Source: an uncultured Rikenellaceae bacterium
Lineage (GTDB): Bacteria > Bacteroidota > Bacteroidia > Bacteroidales > VadinHA17
NCBI GenBank assembly: GCA_963696805.1
Contig: CAVOLF010000005.1
Span: forward strand, 526,582-590,581
DNA length: 64,000 nt
Reading direction: 5' to 3'
The position numbers and the translations under genes were made by a program. Below, one piece after another: positions 44,436-52,848 of this stretch; within the stretch, counting starts at the first letter, position 1; each line of letters begins with the position of its first letter. The notes under the pieces are model-generated. The model was not told the origin of the DNA. It saw only the letters and a program-made list of their open reading frames with translations, and searched no databases.

Positions 44436-45971
44436 ATGGCGGCTGAAATCGTCATTACCTGTCGCGCAACAGCCTCCGGAGGTAGATCGGATTTTGTTTT
44501 TTACTATCTTGACATCCCTAATTCAGCTTTTGTGAAGAAGAGAACCTGGATGTGGTTTTTTACCGGTGTTGTAGCCGGTGTACTCATTTTTTTTGGACTG
44601 GGGAAGGCGGTGGAAGCCACCTCAACAAATGATTTCTGCGCTTTGTGCCATGTTCATCCGCAGGCTACTGCCAGCTGGAAGCAGGGGGTTCATTACGCAA
44701 CGAAGTCGGGCTACCGTGTATCATGTGCCGAATGCCACCTTCCTCCGAAGGGAGAGGGCTATCTCATTGAGAAGGCCAAAACGGGGATGCGTGATCTCTG
44801 GAGCTACTGGACGAAGGACTCCACGGAATTTGACTGGGAGGCAGCATCAACTCTTGAGAGGGCTTCGAAGCATGTTTACAACTCAACATGCATCAAATGC
44901 CACGAGAATCTCTTCCCGGCCACTCTCACAAGTGAGGGTTCAGAGGCGCATCTCTATTACAAGCAGATGACCGACAAGGGTGAAGAGCTGCAGTGCATCA
45001 GCTGTCATCTGAACGCAGGGCATTACATGAAGGACTATGTCCACGGGAGCAACACAGGGTTTGGCAAAGCGGTGAAGGCGACGGATACTGTTTATGCTGC
45101 AGCTGCCACTGTAACCTCTTTCGGAAATTTCACGGAGCAGATACCCGGCTCGGGTGTCACATTCCGCATGATAGCAGTGCCGGGCGGTTCATACACGATG
45201 GGAAGTCCAGATAACGAGCCGTTACGCAGGGCTGACGAGATACTCCGGGAGGTAAGTGTTGATTCGTTCTTCATCGCCGAGGTGGAGGTTACATGGGATG
45301 AGTATATGGAGTTCTACAGGCAGACGGCTTCGGAGGGCAGATCGACAGACACTGAGGGGTCACGGCTGAAGAAGGCTGATGTGGATGCCGTCAGTGGTGC
45401 CACACCACCATACGGTAAGCCGGATCAGAACTGGGGTATGGGGCAGAGGCCTGCCATCTCAATGAGTCATCATGCAGCTGAGACCTATTGCAGGTGGCTT
45501 TCACAGGTGACCGGTAAAAAGTATCGTCTGCCCACAGAGGCAGAGTGGGAATATGCATGCAGGGCCGGAACGGAGACACCCTATTTCTTTGAAGGTGATC
45601 CGGCAAGGTATGAGAAGAGGTCTCTTTTCGGCGGCAAACCCGACACCGCAGTAATAAACACATACGTTATCTACCGGGGTAACAGCCCTTCAAAGACCCA
45701 GGAGCCCTCGGCTGTGAAGTCGAACCCATGGGGCATTAAAAACATGAGCGGAAACGTCGCAGAGTTCTGTTCCGACATCCATGAAGGTACCGGGGAGCAT
45801 GTGATAAGGGGAGGATCTTACCGTGACGGTGCCGGAGGCGTCAGGAGCGCGGCGCGTGATCACACGCGGACCGCCGAATGGCTGAAGACAGACCCGCAGA
45901 TGCCGAAGAGCATCTGGTGGTACTCCGATTGTTTCTTTGTGGGTTTCAGGGTGGTGATGGACTTGGAGTAG
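44436..45971 (+). CDS. NapC/NirT-type tetraheme cytochrome fused to a formylglycine-generating-enzyme (SUMF1) fold domain
   Basis: TM helix WMWFFTGVVAGVLIFFGLG. Four CxxCH motifs (CALCH, CAECH, CIKCH, CISCH). Then RMIAVPGGSYTMGS, RLPTEAEWEYACRAGT, GNVAEFCSD and IRGGSYRD. The true start is probably GTG 44532 or ATG 44550. Confidence 0.8.
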   Translation: MAAEIVITCRATASGGRSDFVFYYLDIPNSAFVKKRTWMWFFTGVVAGVLIFFGLGKAVEATSTNDFCALCHVHPQATASWKQGVHYATKSGYRVSCAECHLPPKGEGYLIEKAKTGMRDLWSYWTKDSTEFDWEAASTLERASKHVYNSTCIKCHENLFPATLTSEGSEAHLYYKQMTDKGEELQCISCHLNAGHYMKDYVHGSNTGFGKAVKATDTVYAAAATVTSFGNFTEQIPGSGVTFRMIAVPGGSYTMGSPDNEPLRRADEILREVSVDSFFIAEVEVTWDEYMEFYRQTASEGRSTDTEGSRLKKADVDAVSGATPPYGKPDQNWGMGQRPAISMSHHAAETYCRWLSQVTGKKYRLPTEAEWEYACRAGTETPYFFEGDPARYEKRSLFGGKPDTAVINTYVIYRGNSPSKTQEPSAVKSNPWGIKNMSGNVAEFCSDIHEGTGEHVIRGGSYRDGAGGVRSAARDHTRTAEWLKTDPQMPKSIWWYSDCFFVGFRVVMDLE

Positions 45972-45990
45972 GCAATAGGCAGTAGTGAGG
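45966..45990. repeat. Family A heptamer element (TAGGCAA TAGGCAG TAGTGAGG) supplying the stop codon
   Basis: GAG TAG GCAATAGGCAGTAGTGAGG. The first TAG is the stop of the cytochrome-FGE gene. Confidence 0.6.
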
Positions 45991-46024
45991 AATTGGAAGT
46001 TAAGGATTAATAATAAGATAGTTA

Positions 46025-46107
46025 GACTTCAGGGCCGTAGGACTTTCGACTTTGCGGACTTTGCGGACTTTATGGACTTTACGTACTTTACGGACTTTTA
46101 ACTTTGA
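46025..46107. repeat. Tandem 9-mer array GGACTTTNC (about 8 units), family B
   Basis: GGACTTTC GACTTTGC GGACTTTGC GGACTTTAT GGACTTTAC GTACTTTAC GGACTTTTA ACTTTGAG. Confidence 0.8.
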
Positions 46108-46123
46108 GAAACAACATAAATCG

Positions 46124-46131
46124 TAACTTTG
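46124..46131 (+). promoter_or_regulatory. Candidate -7 promoter box TAACTTTG (TAnnTTTG)
   Basis: It lies 21 nt upstream of ATG 46152. An identical TAACTTTG also lies at 46099-46106, at the end of the 9-mer array. Confidence 0.35.
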
Positions 46132-46151
46132 AAACATACATCCAAACTGTC

Positions 46152-47480
46152 ATGAAAAAATCATCCATCTCAAGAAGAAACTTTCTGGGCACTGCAGCAG
46201 CTGCAGGTGCAGCGGGCATTGTTGTGCCGGCACTGATCACCTCATGTTCACCGAAAAAGCGGAAGAGCGTTATTCTTCCCGTCATGCCAGACGCGGCTCC
46301 TGACGGGCCACTCCTCAAGGCCGGCCTGATCGGCTGCGGAGGCAGGGGCACCGGCGCCGCCCTGAACTTCCTGCATTCAGGACCAAATCTCACCATCTCT
46401 GCCCTGGGCGATGTCTTTGCCGACAGGGTCACATCATGCCGGGAACGCCTGGTAAAGGACGGAGTGGAGATAGCCGACGAGAACTGTTTTGTTGGCTTTG
46501 ATGCCTACCAGAAGGTTATTGACTCCGGTGTCGATGTGATCCTTCTTGCTACCCCGCCATCTTTCCGGCCTCTGCATTTCGAGGCCGCCGTTACAGCCGG
46601 CAAGCATGTCTTCATGGAGAAGCCCGTTGCCGTTGACCCGGCAGGCATCAGGCAGATAATGGCAACCGGTGAGAAGGCAAAGGGCATGGAACTGTGTGTC
46701 GTGACAGGCACCCAGCGGCATCACCAGCATGATTATGTTGCCACCTGGGGCAAAGTGCAGGAGGGCATGATAGGTGACATCGTGGCTGCAAACTGCTACT
46801 GGAACCAGGGACAGCTGTGGTACCGTGATCCGAATCCTTCATGGACGGAGATGGAATACATGATCCGTGACTGGGTTAACTGGTGCTGGCTCTCTGGTGA
46901 CCACATCGTTGAGCAGCATGTTCATAATATTGATGTAATAAACTGGTTTACAGGAAAGAAACCGGTCTCGGCAGTGTCATTCGGTGCCCGGCACAGGCGT
47001 GTCACAGGTGATCAGTACGATTTCTTCAGCACTGACTTCATATATGAAGGAGGGTTCCATGTTCACAGCATGTGCCGTCAGATAAACGGTTGCGAGGGAA
47101 ATGTCTCGGAATGGGTACAGGGCACAGAGGGAACATCCAACTGCCAGAACACCGTATGGGACCCTGCCGGAACCGAGTTGTGGAAGTACGAAGGTTACAC
47201 GCTTGATGATGAGGGAAAGATGACTGACCAGCTCATCAGGAGTCCATATGACCAGGAACATATTGATTTCGTGACTGCCATTCGCACCGGGAAGCCTCTG
47301 AATGAGGCGGAGTTTGTTGCCGTATCAACGATGGCCGGCATAATGGGACGAGTTTCAGCATATACCGGCAAAAAGGTGACCTGGGATGAGATGATGAACT
47401 CAGAGCTGAAGCTCGGCCCGAAGGTATTTGATATGGGTCCGGTTGATGTTTCAAAGAGTGTACCTGTTCCAGGAGAGTAG
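46152..47480 (+). CDS. Tat-exported Gfo/Idh/MocA-family oxidoreductase
   Basis: Twin-arginine signal MKKSSISRRNFLGTAAAAGAAGIVVPA. Rossmann text LKAGLIGCGGRGTGAA. EKP motif FMEKPVAV. Confidence 0.9.
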   Translation: MKKSSISRRNFLGTAAAAGAAGIVVPALITSCSPKKRKSVILPVMPDAAPDGPLLKAGLIGCGGRGTGAALNFLHSGPNLTISALGDVFADRVTSCRERLVKDGVEIADENCFVGFDAYQKVIDSGVDVILLATPPSFRPLHFEAAVTAGKHVFMEKPVAVDPAGIRQIMATGEKAKGMELCVVTGTQRHHQHDYVATWGKVQEGMIGDIVAANCYWNQGQLWYRDPNPSWTEMEYMIRDWVNWCWLSGDHIVEQHVHNIDVINWFTGKKPVSAVSFGARHRRVTGDQYDFFSTDFIYEGGFHVHSMCRQINGCEGNVSEWVQGTEGTSNCQNTVWDPAGTELWKYEGYTLDDEGKMTDQLIRSPYDQEHIDFVTAIRTGKPLNEAEFVAVSTMAGIMGRVSAYTGKKVTWDEMMNSELKLGPKVFDMGPVDVSKSVPVPGE

Positions 47481-47496
47481 ATAATTGAGACCGACA

Positions 47497-48435
47497 ATGA
47501 ACACAAAATCACGACGCAGTTTTCTGAAAGGGGCCGCAGCCACCGGCGCGGCCCTTTTTACCGCACCGGCACTTCTCAGCGGAAGAAGCCGTTCAGCGCT
47601 TATGGCTGACGCTGACAAGCCTTTCAGGCTGGCCTACGCCCCCTCAATAGGCATGTTCCGCGAGCTTTGCGGCAGCGATGACCTGGTTGACAATATTCAG
47701 TTCATTGCCGACAAAGGCTTCCGGGCAGTCTTTGACAACGGGCTCCCGGGGCGTCCGCCTGTGGACCAGGAGCGTATTGCCTCAGCCATCCAGCGGATGG
47801 GTCTGATGATGGGGCCATGGGTGTTGCATGCCGATTTTGGAAAGACATCCTTTGTGCTTCCTCACAAGGAGGTGCGCGACTTCATGACCATGAAGATGGA
47901 AGAGGGCATTAACGTGGCCAAAAGAACTGGATTTAAGATGGCACTCGTTGTCCCGGGCAGATATGATGAAAGGCTTCATCCTGACATACAGCGGGCAAAT
48001 GTTATTGACAATCTAAGGTATTGTGCTGATCTCACAGAACCTGAAGGCATGACACTGGTCCTTGAGCCGCTCAACACGCTGCGGGACCATCCTGGTCTCT
48101 GGCTGACTCAGATGCCGCAGGCTTACCAGGTGTGCAAGGCGGTGAACAGTCCTGCCGTGAAGATCGTTGAAGACATATATCATCAGCAGATCACCGAGGG
48201 TAACCTGATACCCAACATCGAAGCATGCTGGGATCAGATAGCCGCTTTCCACGTAGGAGACAACCCGGGGCGCAATGAGCCGTCAACGGGAGAGATCAAT
48301 TATAAAAATATCTTCAAATACATTCTTTCGCGTGACTATACCGGGGTGATATGCATGGAGCACGGCCGCAGCGTCAGGGGCCCCGAAGGAGTAAAAAAGG
48401 TCATTGAAGCCTACCGGGAGTGCGATCCGTTCTGA
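47497..48435 (+). CDS. Tat-exported xylose isomerase-like TIM-barrel protein (sugar phosphate isomerase/epimerase family)
   Basis: Twin-arginine signal MNTKSRRSFLKGAAATGAALFTAPA. TIM-barrel family text (LVLEPLN..., HVGDNPGRNEP). The track start TTG 47485 is replaced by ATG 47497. Confidence 0.85.
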   Translation: MNTKSRRSFLKGAAATGAALFTAPALLSGRSRSALMADADKPFRLAYAPSIGMFRELCGSDDLVDNIQFIADKGFRAVFDNGLPGRPPVDQERIASAIQRMGLMMGPWVLHADFGKTSFVLPHKEVRDFMTMKMEEGINVAKRTGFKMALVVPGRYDERLHPDIQRANVIDNLRYCADLTEPEGMTLVLEPLNTLRDHPGLWLTQMPQAYQVCKAVNSPAVKIVEDIYHQQITEGNLIPNIEACWDQIAAFHVGDNPGRNEPSTGEINYKNIFKYILSRDYTGVICMEHGRSVRGPEGVKKVIEAYRECDPF

Positions 48436-48463
48436 GAGTAATTCTTTTTCCAGCGACCATTAA

Positions 48464-50194
48464 TTGAGCAGAGGCACGACGACCATAAGCGACAAGTGGA
48501 TCAAGGCATCCATTATAGGTACTATTTGGGCCGCTGCCGAGATTGTTCTCGGCAGTTTCCTTCATAACCTGCGTGTTCCTTTCAGCGGTAACGTTCTGAC
48601 AGCCATAGCGCTGGTGATACTTATCTCTGTAAGCTACAAGTGGCGGGAGCATGGCCTTTACTGGCGGGCCGGACTGATATGCGCGCTGATGAAGGCGATG
48701 TCACCCAGCGCCATCATATTCGGTCCGATGATCGCCATCATCATGGAATCACTGCTGCTTGAAACATCCGTCAGGCTATTTGGCAGGACTTTCGTCGGTT
48801 TCATTGTCGGATCGATGCTCGCCATGTCATGGAATCTCTTCCAGAAGATATTCAACATGATTATTTATTACGGCGGCAACCTTGTCGATATCTATTCGAA
48901 CATTACCGCTTATGCCTCGAAGCAGTTGAATCTTCAGTTTGATGCATTCTGGTCGCCGCTGATTCTTCTTCTGGCCATATATGCTCTTTTTGGAGCAGTC
49001 ACTGCAGTCGCGGGCATTATCACAGGCCGCAGGATGGCTTCTCTCCCTCCTGAGGAGTCGCTGCCTGAACCAGCGGTCATCAGATCATCACCAAAAAAGG
49101 AGGAACAGCCATTTGCCTATTCTCTTGCATGGCTGGCAGCCGACATAATTCTCATCGGCGGACTACTGGTGGTTGTAAGCACTGCAAAGTGGTTCTGGTG
49201 GATAATTACGGTCATTCCGGTCATTACCATCCTGGCATTGCGCTATAAGCGTGCTATGAGGCAGCTCTCGAAACCGGGATTCTGGGTCACCTTCGTAATA
49301 ATTACGATGCTTTCGGCCCTTGCTTTCACAGCATTTCAGCCCGGAAAGAATGATGTGATGGGGGCCATCCTCATCGGGATACAGATGAACTTCCGGGCAA
49401 TAATAATCATTGTCGGATTCTCTGCTCTTGGCACAGAATTGTATAATCCGAAGGTTCGCACTCTATTTGGCAGGACGCGTCTCAGGCAGCTGCCGTTAGC
49501 CCTCGAGCTGTCGGCTGCCAGCCTTCCGACGATGATAGCTGACATGCCCGACCTGAGGACTGCCATAAAAAGCCCGGTGTCGATACTGAACCGGATGATT
49601 ACTCGTGTGGAGCGGCGGCTGAATGACGAAAGGAGAGAACAGCAGGGTGTGAGGAAGGTATTTGTCGTAACGGGTACAATAGGAGAAGGGAAGACCGCCT
49701 GGCTTGCCAAACTTGCCGGCTTGCTAAAGGAGAAAGGGGTAAGAGTGGGAGGTATCCTGGCGCTGCGCATCGTGGAGGAAGACAGAACGACCGGTTACGA
49801 TGTCTCGGACATCGGTAGCGGAGCCAGGACTCCTTTCCTGAGACATACCGGAAGCGAGGATATGGGGGTGGAGAGATTCACCGTTTATGATGCCGGTTAC
49901 GATGCCGGGAAGAGCGCACTTCATCCTGAGGCTAATCACGATAAGGATGTCATCATAATCGATGAGGCAGGTCCGCTTGAACTGAGGGGCCTGGGATGGA
50001 GCGAGAGGCTAGCCTGGCTCTTGAATGAAAACAGTGCAATACTGATAGTTGCAGTCAGGAAAAGTCTCACTGAAGCGGTAACCGAAAAATTCGGATTAGC
50101 AGGCGCCAGGGTTATTGATGTGGCCACCGGCGATGTCGTCAGTTATGCAAATGAGATTGCAGCAATGACTGCAAAAGAGAAAAAAAATGGATGA
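48464..50194 (+). CDS. Polytopic membrane protein fused to a C-terminal small P-loop NTPase (THEP1/DUF2478-like)
   Basis: About 400 aa with many hydrophobic helices. Then VFVVTGTIGEGKTAW (Walker A) and VIIIDEAGPLE (Walker B). The only available start is TTG 48464, so the start is uncertain. Confidence 0.65.
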   Translation: MSRGTTTISDKWIKASIIGTIWAAAEIVLGSFLHNLRVPFSGNVLTAIALVILISVSYKWREHGLYWRAGLICALMKAMSPSAIIFGPMIAIIMESLLLETSVRLFGRTFVGFIVGSMLAMSWNLFQKIFNMIIYYGGNLVDIYSNITAYASKQLNLQFDAFWSPLILLLAIYALFGAVTAVAGIITGRRMASLPPEESLPEPAVIRSSPKKEEQPFAYSLAWLAADIILIGGLLVVVSTAKWFWWIITVIPVITILALRYKRAMRQLSKPGFWVTFVIITMLSALAFTAFQPGKNDVMGAILIGIQMNFRAIIIIVGFSALGTELYNPKVRTLFGRTRLRQLPLALELSAASLPTMIADMPDLRTAIKSPVSILNRMITRVERRLNDERREQQGVRKVFVVTGTIGEGKTAWLAKLAGLLKEKGVRVGGILALRIVEEDRTTGYDVSDIGSGARTPFLRHTGSEDMGVERFTVYDAGYDAGKSALHPEANHDKDVIIIDEAGPLELRGLGWSERLAWLLNENSAILIVAVRKSLTEAVTEKFGLAGARVIDVATGDVVSYANEIAAMTAKEKKNG

Positions 50195-50894
50195 GATACT
50201 TGAAAAGGTCAGAGGGGAGCTCAGGGAGGCTTCGGATGAGAAGACCAGGGAAACAGGACTGAGATACTTCAAAGAAGAAGTCAACCTTTACGGGATCAGG
50301 GCAAAAACCGTAAAAGAGATTGCGCGGGCAAATTATGCACTGGTAAGGGGTAGACCTAAACAGGAGATCCTCGGTCTGTGCGATTCACTCTGGCAGTCGG
50401 GCATGATGGAGGAGACCTTCGTTGCCTGCCTGTGGTCTGAGAGGCTGGCCGGGAAGTTCGTTCCGGATGATTTTAAATATTTTAAAGGGTGGGTGCATAA
50501 GTACGTCAATAACTGGGCTTCATGTGATACTCTATGCAATCATACGGTCGGAGATTTCATTCAGATGTATCCCGGTTTTATTTCAGAGCTGAAGAAGTGG
50601 GCGGGGTCGGGAAACAGGTGGGTAAGGAGGGCATCTGCCGTATCATTGATCGTACCTGCCCGCAAGGGCAAGTTCCTTGATGACATCTTTGAAATTGCCG
50701 AAATACTACTTCTTGACAGGGATGACATGGTACAGAAGGGATACGGATGGATGCTGAAGGAGGCCAGCAAGCCATATCAGAAGGAGGTGTTCGGTTTTGT
50801 CATGAGGCACAAGGACGCCATGCCCCGTACAGCCCTCAGGTATGCCATTGAAAAAATGCCTCCCCTGTTGCGTGAGGAAGCAATGAAAAAATAA
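50187..50894 (+). CDS. DNA alkylation repair protein (AlkD/AlkC-like HEAT repeats)
   Basis: 235 aa. The layout and ...WVRRASAVSLI... are typical of the DNA_alkylation family. It overlaps the upstream gene by 8 nt (ATGGATGA). Confidence 0.75.
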   Translation: MDEILEKVRGELREASDEKTRETGLRYFKEEVNLYGIRAKTVKEIARANYALVRGRPKQEILGLCDSLWQSGMMEETFVACLWSERLAGKFVPDDFKYFKGWVHKYVNNWASCDTLCNHTVGDFIQMYPGFISELKKWAGSGNRWVRRASAVSLIVPARKGKFLDDIFEIAEILLLDRDDMVQKGYGWMLKEASKPYQKEVFGFVMRHKDAMPRTALRYAIEKMPPLLREEAMKK

Positions 50895-50949
50895 GGTATT
50901 TAATTCGAAAGTGTCTGATTTCTAGACTAAACTATGATCGTGTTCGGTG

Positions 50950-51519
50950 CTATCTCATTTTCCATTCATTAACGGAGAGCACCTGGGCGTAGCTTTTTAG
51001 AGTTGCCAGGGTTGATGCATGCACATCGGCGGCAGGCACCTCGCGGTCACCGAATTTCAGATTGCGGGTGGCACAGGCATCATGAAGCAGGCAGACATAA
51101 TACCCGAAATCGTGTGCTGCCCGAACTGCTGCCTCCACGCACATCTGCGTCTGCATCCCGCAGATAACAAGGGTGTCAATCGCGAGGCCGTCAATATATT
51201 CCTTCAACCCGGTTCCCAGGAAACTGTTGACCTCGGTCTTGACAAATACCTTTTCTCCCTTTAGGGGTCCCACGAGGTCATTGATTTCCATCCCGGAATC
51301 TGATTTATGCTGAACGAAGATGACCGGGTTTCCCGTCTCCCTGGCTGCCTTAATTGCAACGGCCGCCTTCTCAGCCGCCTTTTCAGGCTCTACCAGCTCA
51401 GACCGGCCTCCGGGGAAATAGAAGTTCTGTACGTCAATAACCAGCAGTGCATAATTCTTCTGCGCCGCGGCAACAATGATGGCCGAAATCAGGACCAGAG
51501 AAAGGAATATTCTCTTCAT
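50950..51519 (-). CDS. Isochorismatase-family cysteine hydrolase with signal peptide
   Basis: ALLVIDVQNFYF and the catalytic-Cys context VICGMQTQMCVEA. N-terminal MKRIFLSLVLISAIIVAAAQ. Confidence 0.85.
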   Translation of the reverse strand: MKRIFLSLVLISAIIVAAAQKNYALLVIDVQNFYFPGGRSELVEPEKAAEKAAVAIKAARETGNPVIFVQHKSDSGMEINDLVGPLKGEKVFVKTEVNSFLGTGLKEYIDGLAIDTLVICGMQTQMCVEAAVRAAHDFGYYVCLLHDACATRNLKFGDREVPAADVHASTLATLKSYAQVLSVNEWKMR

Positions 51520-51633
51520 GATGGTTAATCAGTTTAGCAACCAAAATTAATGGATAATTCGATAGCAGGCAGGAACATCTTCCATTAAAAATTGTTATAC
51601 TTTTCAGGTGAGAAAATTCAACAAACAGAACAG

Positions 51634-52848
51634 ATGAGGTTATTCAAATATTTGGCGCTTGCCCTGTTTACTGCACTCTCATTTTCATCATGCAGCAATC
51701 TTAAGGCCGGTAAGGAGGCTCCCTACGTCGTGATGGTGTCGCTCGATGCCTTCCGCTGGGATTATGACTCTATCCACGGCACTCCTGTGCTTGATGACAT
51801 AGCCCGGCATGGGGTTATGGCAGAGAGACTTATTCCGTCGTTCCCCACGAAAACATTCCCCAATCACTACACGATAGCCACAGGTCTCTATCCTGACCAT
51901 CACGGACTGGTTAACAACAGCTTCTATGCTCCCGACCTTGACCTGGTCTACAGGATTGGCGACCGTGCCATGGTTGCCAACGGTGCTTTTTACGGTGGAG
52001 AGCCGATGTGGGTGACGGCACGCAAACAGGGGATGAAGAGCGCTTCTTTTTACTGGGTGGGTTCGGAAGCGCCCATACAGGGAATGCAGCCTGACTACTG
52101 GAAGCCTTTCGACGATGAGGTTGCCTTTGGCGACCGTGTTGATACAGTGCTTAAATGGCTGTCATTGCCGGCAAACATGAGACCACACCTGGTCACCCTT
52201 TACTTTGAGGAGCCTGACGCCATAAGCCACAGCTACGGTCCTGTCTCGACTGAAACCGGCGCTGTTGTCAGATCTCTTGACAGCCTCCTCGGTGTTCTGA
52301 GAACGGGCCTGGCACGCCTGCCTCATGCAAAAAATATCAATCTCATTGTCCTCTCCGATCATGGAATGACAGAGGTTGATGAAGCACGATACAACTATAT
52401 CCTTGACACACTGCCGCGGGAGATGGTAAAACGTATCTACGGCGGCAACCCGGTATGGGCTGTGGAGCCTGTGGAGGACAAGACCGACAGTGTGTTGCAT
52501 CTGCTGAATATCCAGCAGGGCATGAAGGCATACGGGAGGGAGGAGCTTCCGGCTCACCTCCGTTACGGAACGCACTCACGTATCCCGGCAGTTGTTCTCA
52601 TTGCCGACCCGGGCTGGACAGCCGGGCTGCGTCCTGAGGCCAGGTACAGCAGGGGTGATCACGGGTACGACTGGCGATGCAGTGACATGCACTCAATCTT
52701 CTATGCCGAGGGGCCAGCCTTCAGGAGAGGCTTTGTCGCAGACACACTCTTTAATGTCGATATATACAATATTGTTACGGGGATACTGGGACTAACCCCT
52801 GCCCCCAATGACGGTGACAGGCAGAGAATATCACCTCTTTTCAGGTGA
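51634..52848 (+). CDS. Ectonucleotide pyrophosphatase/phosphodiesterase (NPP, alkaline-phosphatase superfamily) lipoprotein
   Basis: Lipobox LSFSSCSN. VVMVSLDAFRWDY, FPTKTFPNHYTIATGLYPDHHG and LSDHGM. The start is taken at ATG 51634. Confidence 0.85.
   Translation: MRLFKYLALALFTALSFSSCSNLKAGKEAPYVVMVSLDAFRWDYDSIHGTPVLDDIARHGVMAERLIPSFPTKTFPNHYTIATGLYPDHHGLVNNSFYAPDLDLVYRIGDRAMVANGAFYGGEPMWVTARKQGMKSASFYWVGSEAPIQGMQPDYWKPFDDEVAFGDRVDTVLKWLSLPANMRPHLVTLYFEEPDAISHSYGPVSTETGAVVRSLDSLLGVLRTGLARLPHAKNINLIVLSDHGMTEVDEARYNYILDTLPREMVKRIYGGNPVWAVEPVEDKTDSVLHLLNIQQGMKAYGREELPAHLRYGTHSRIPAVVLIADPGWTAGLRPEARYSRGDHGYDWRCSDMHSIFYAEGPAFRRGFVADTLFNVDIYNIVTGILGLTPAPNDGDRQRISPLFR

Noticed and set aside
52831-52848. 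The 18-bp overlap of the convergent 3-prime ends of the NPP gene and queG.
   Set aside because: Short convergent overlaps are common in compact genomes, and nothing else is unusual at this site.
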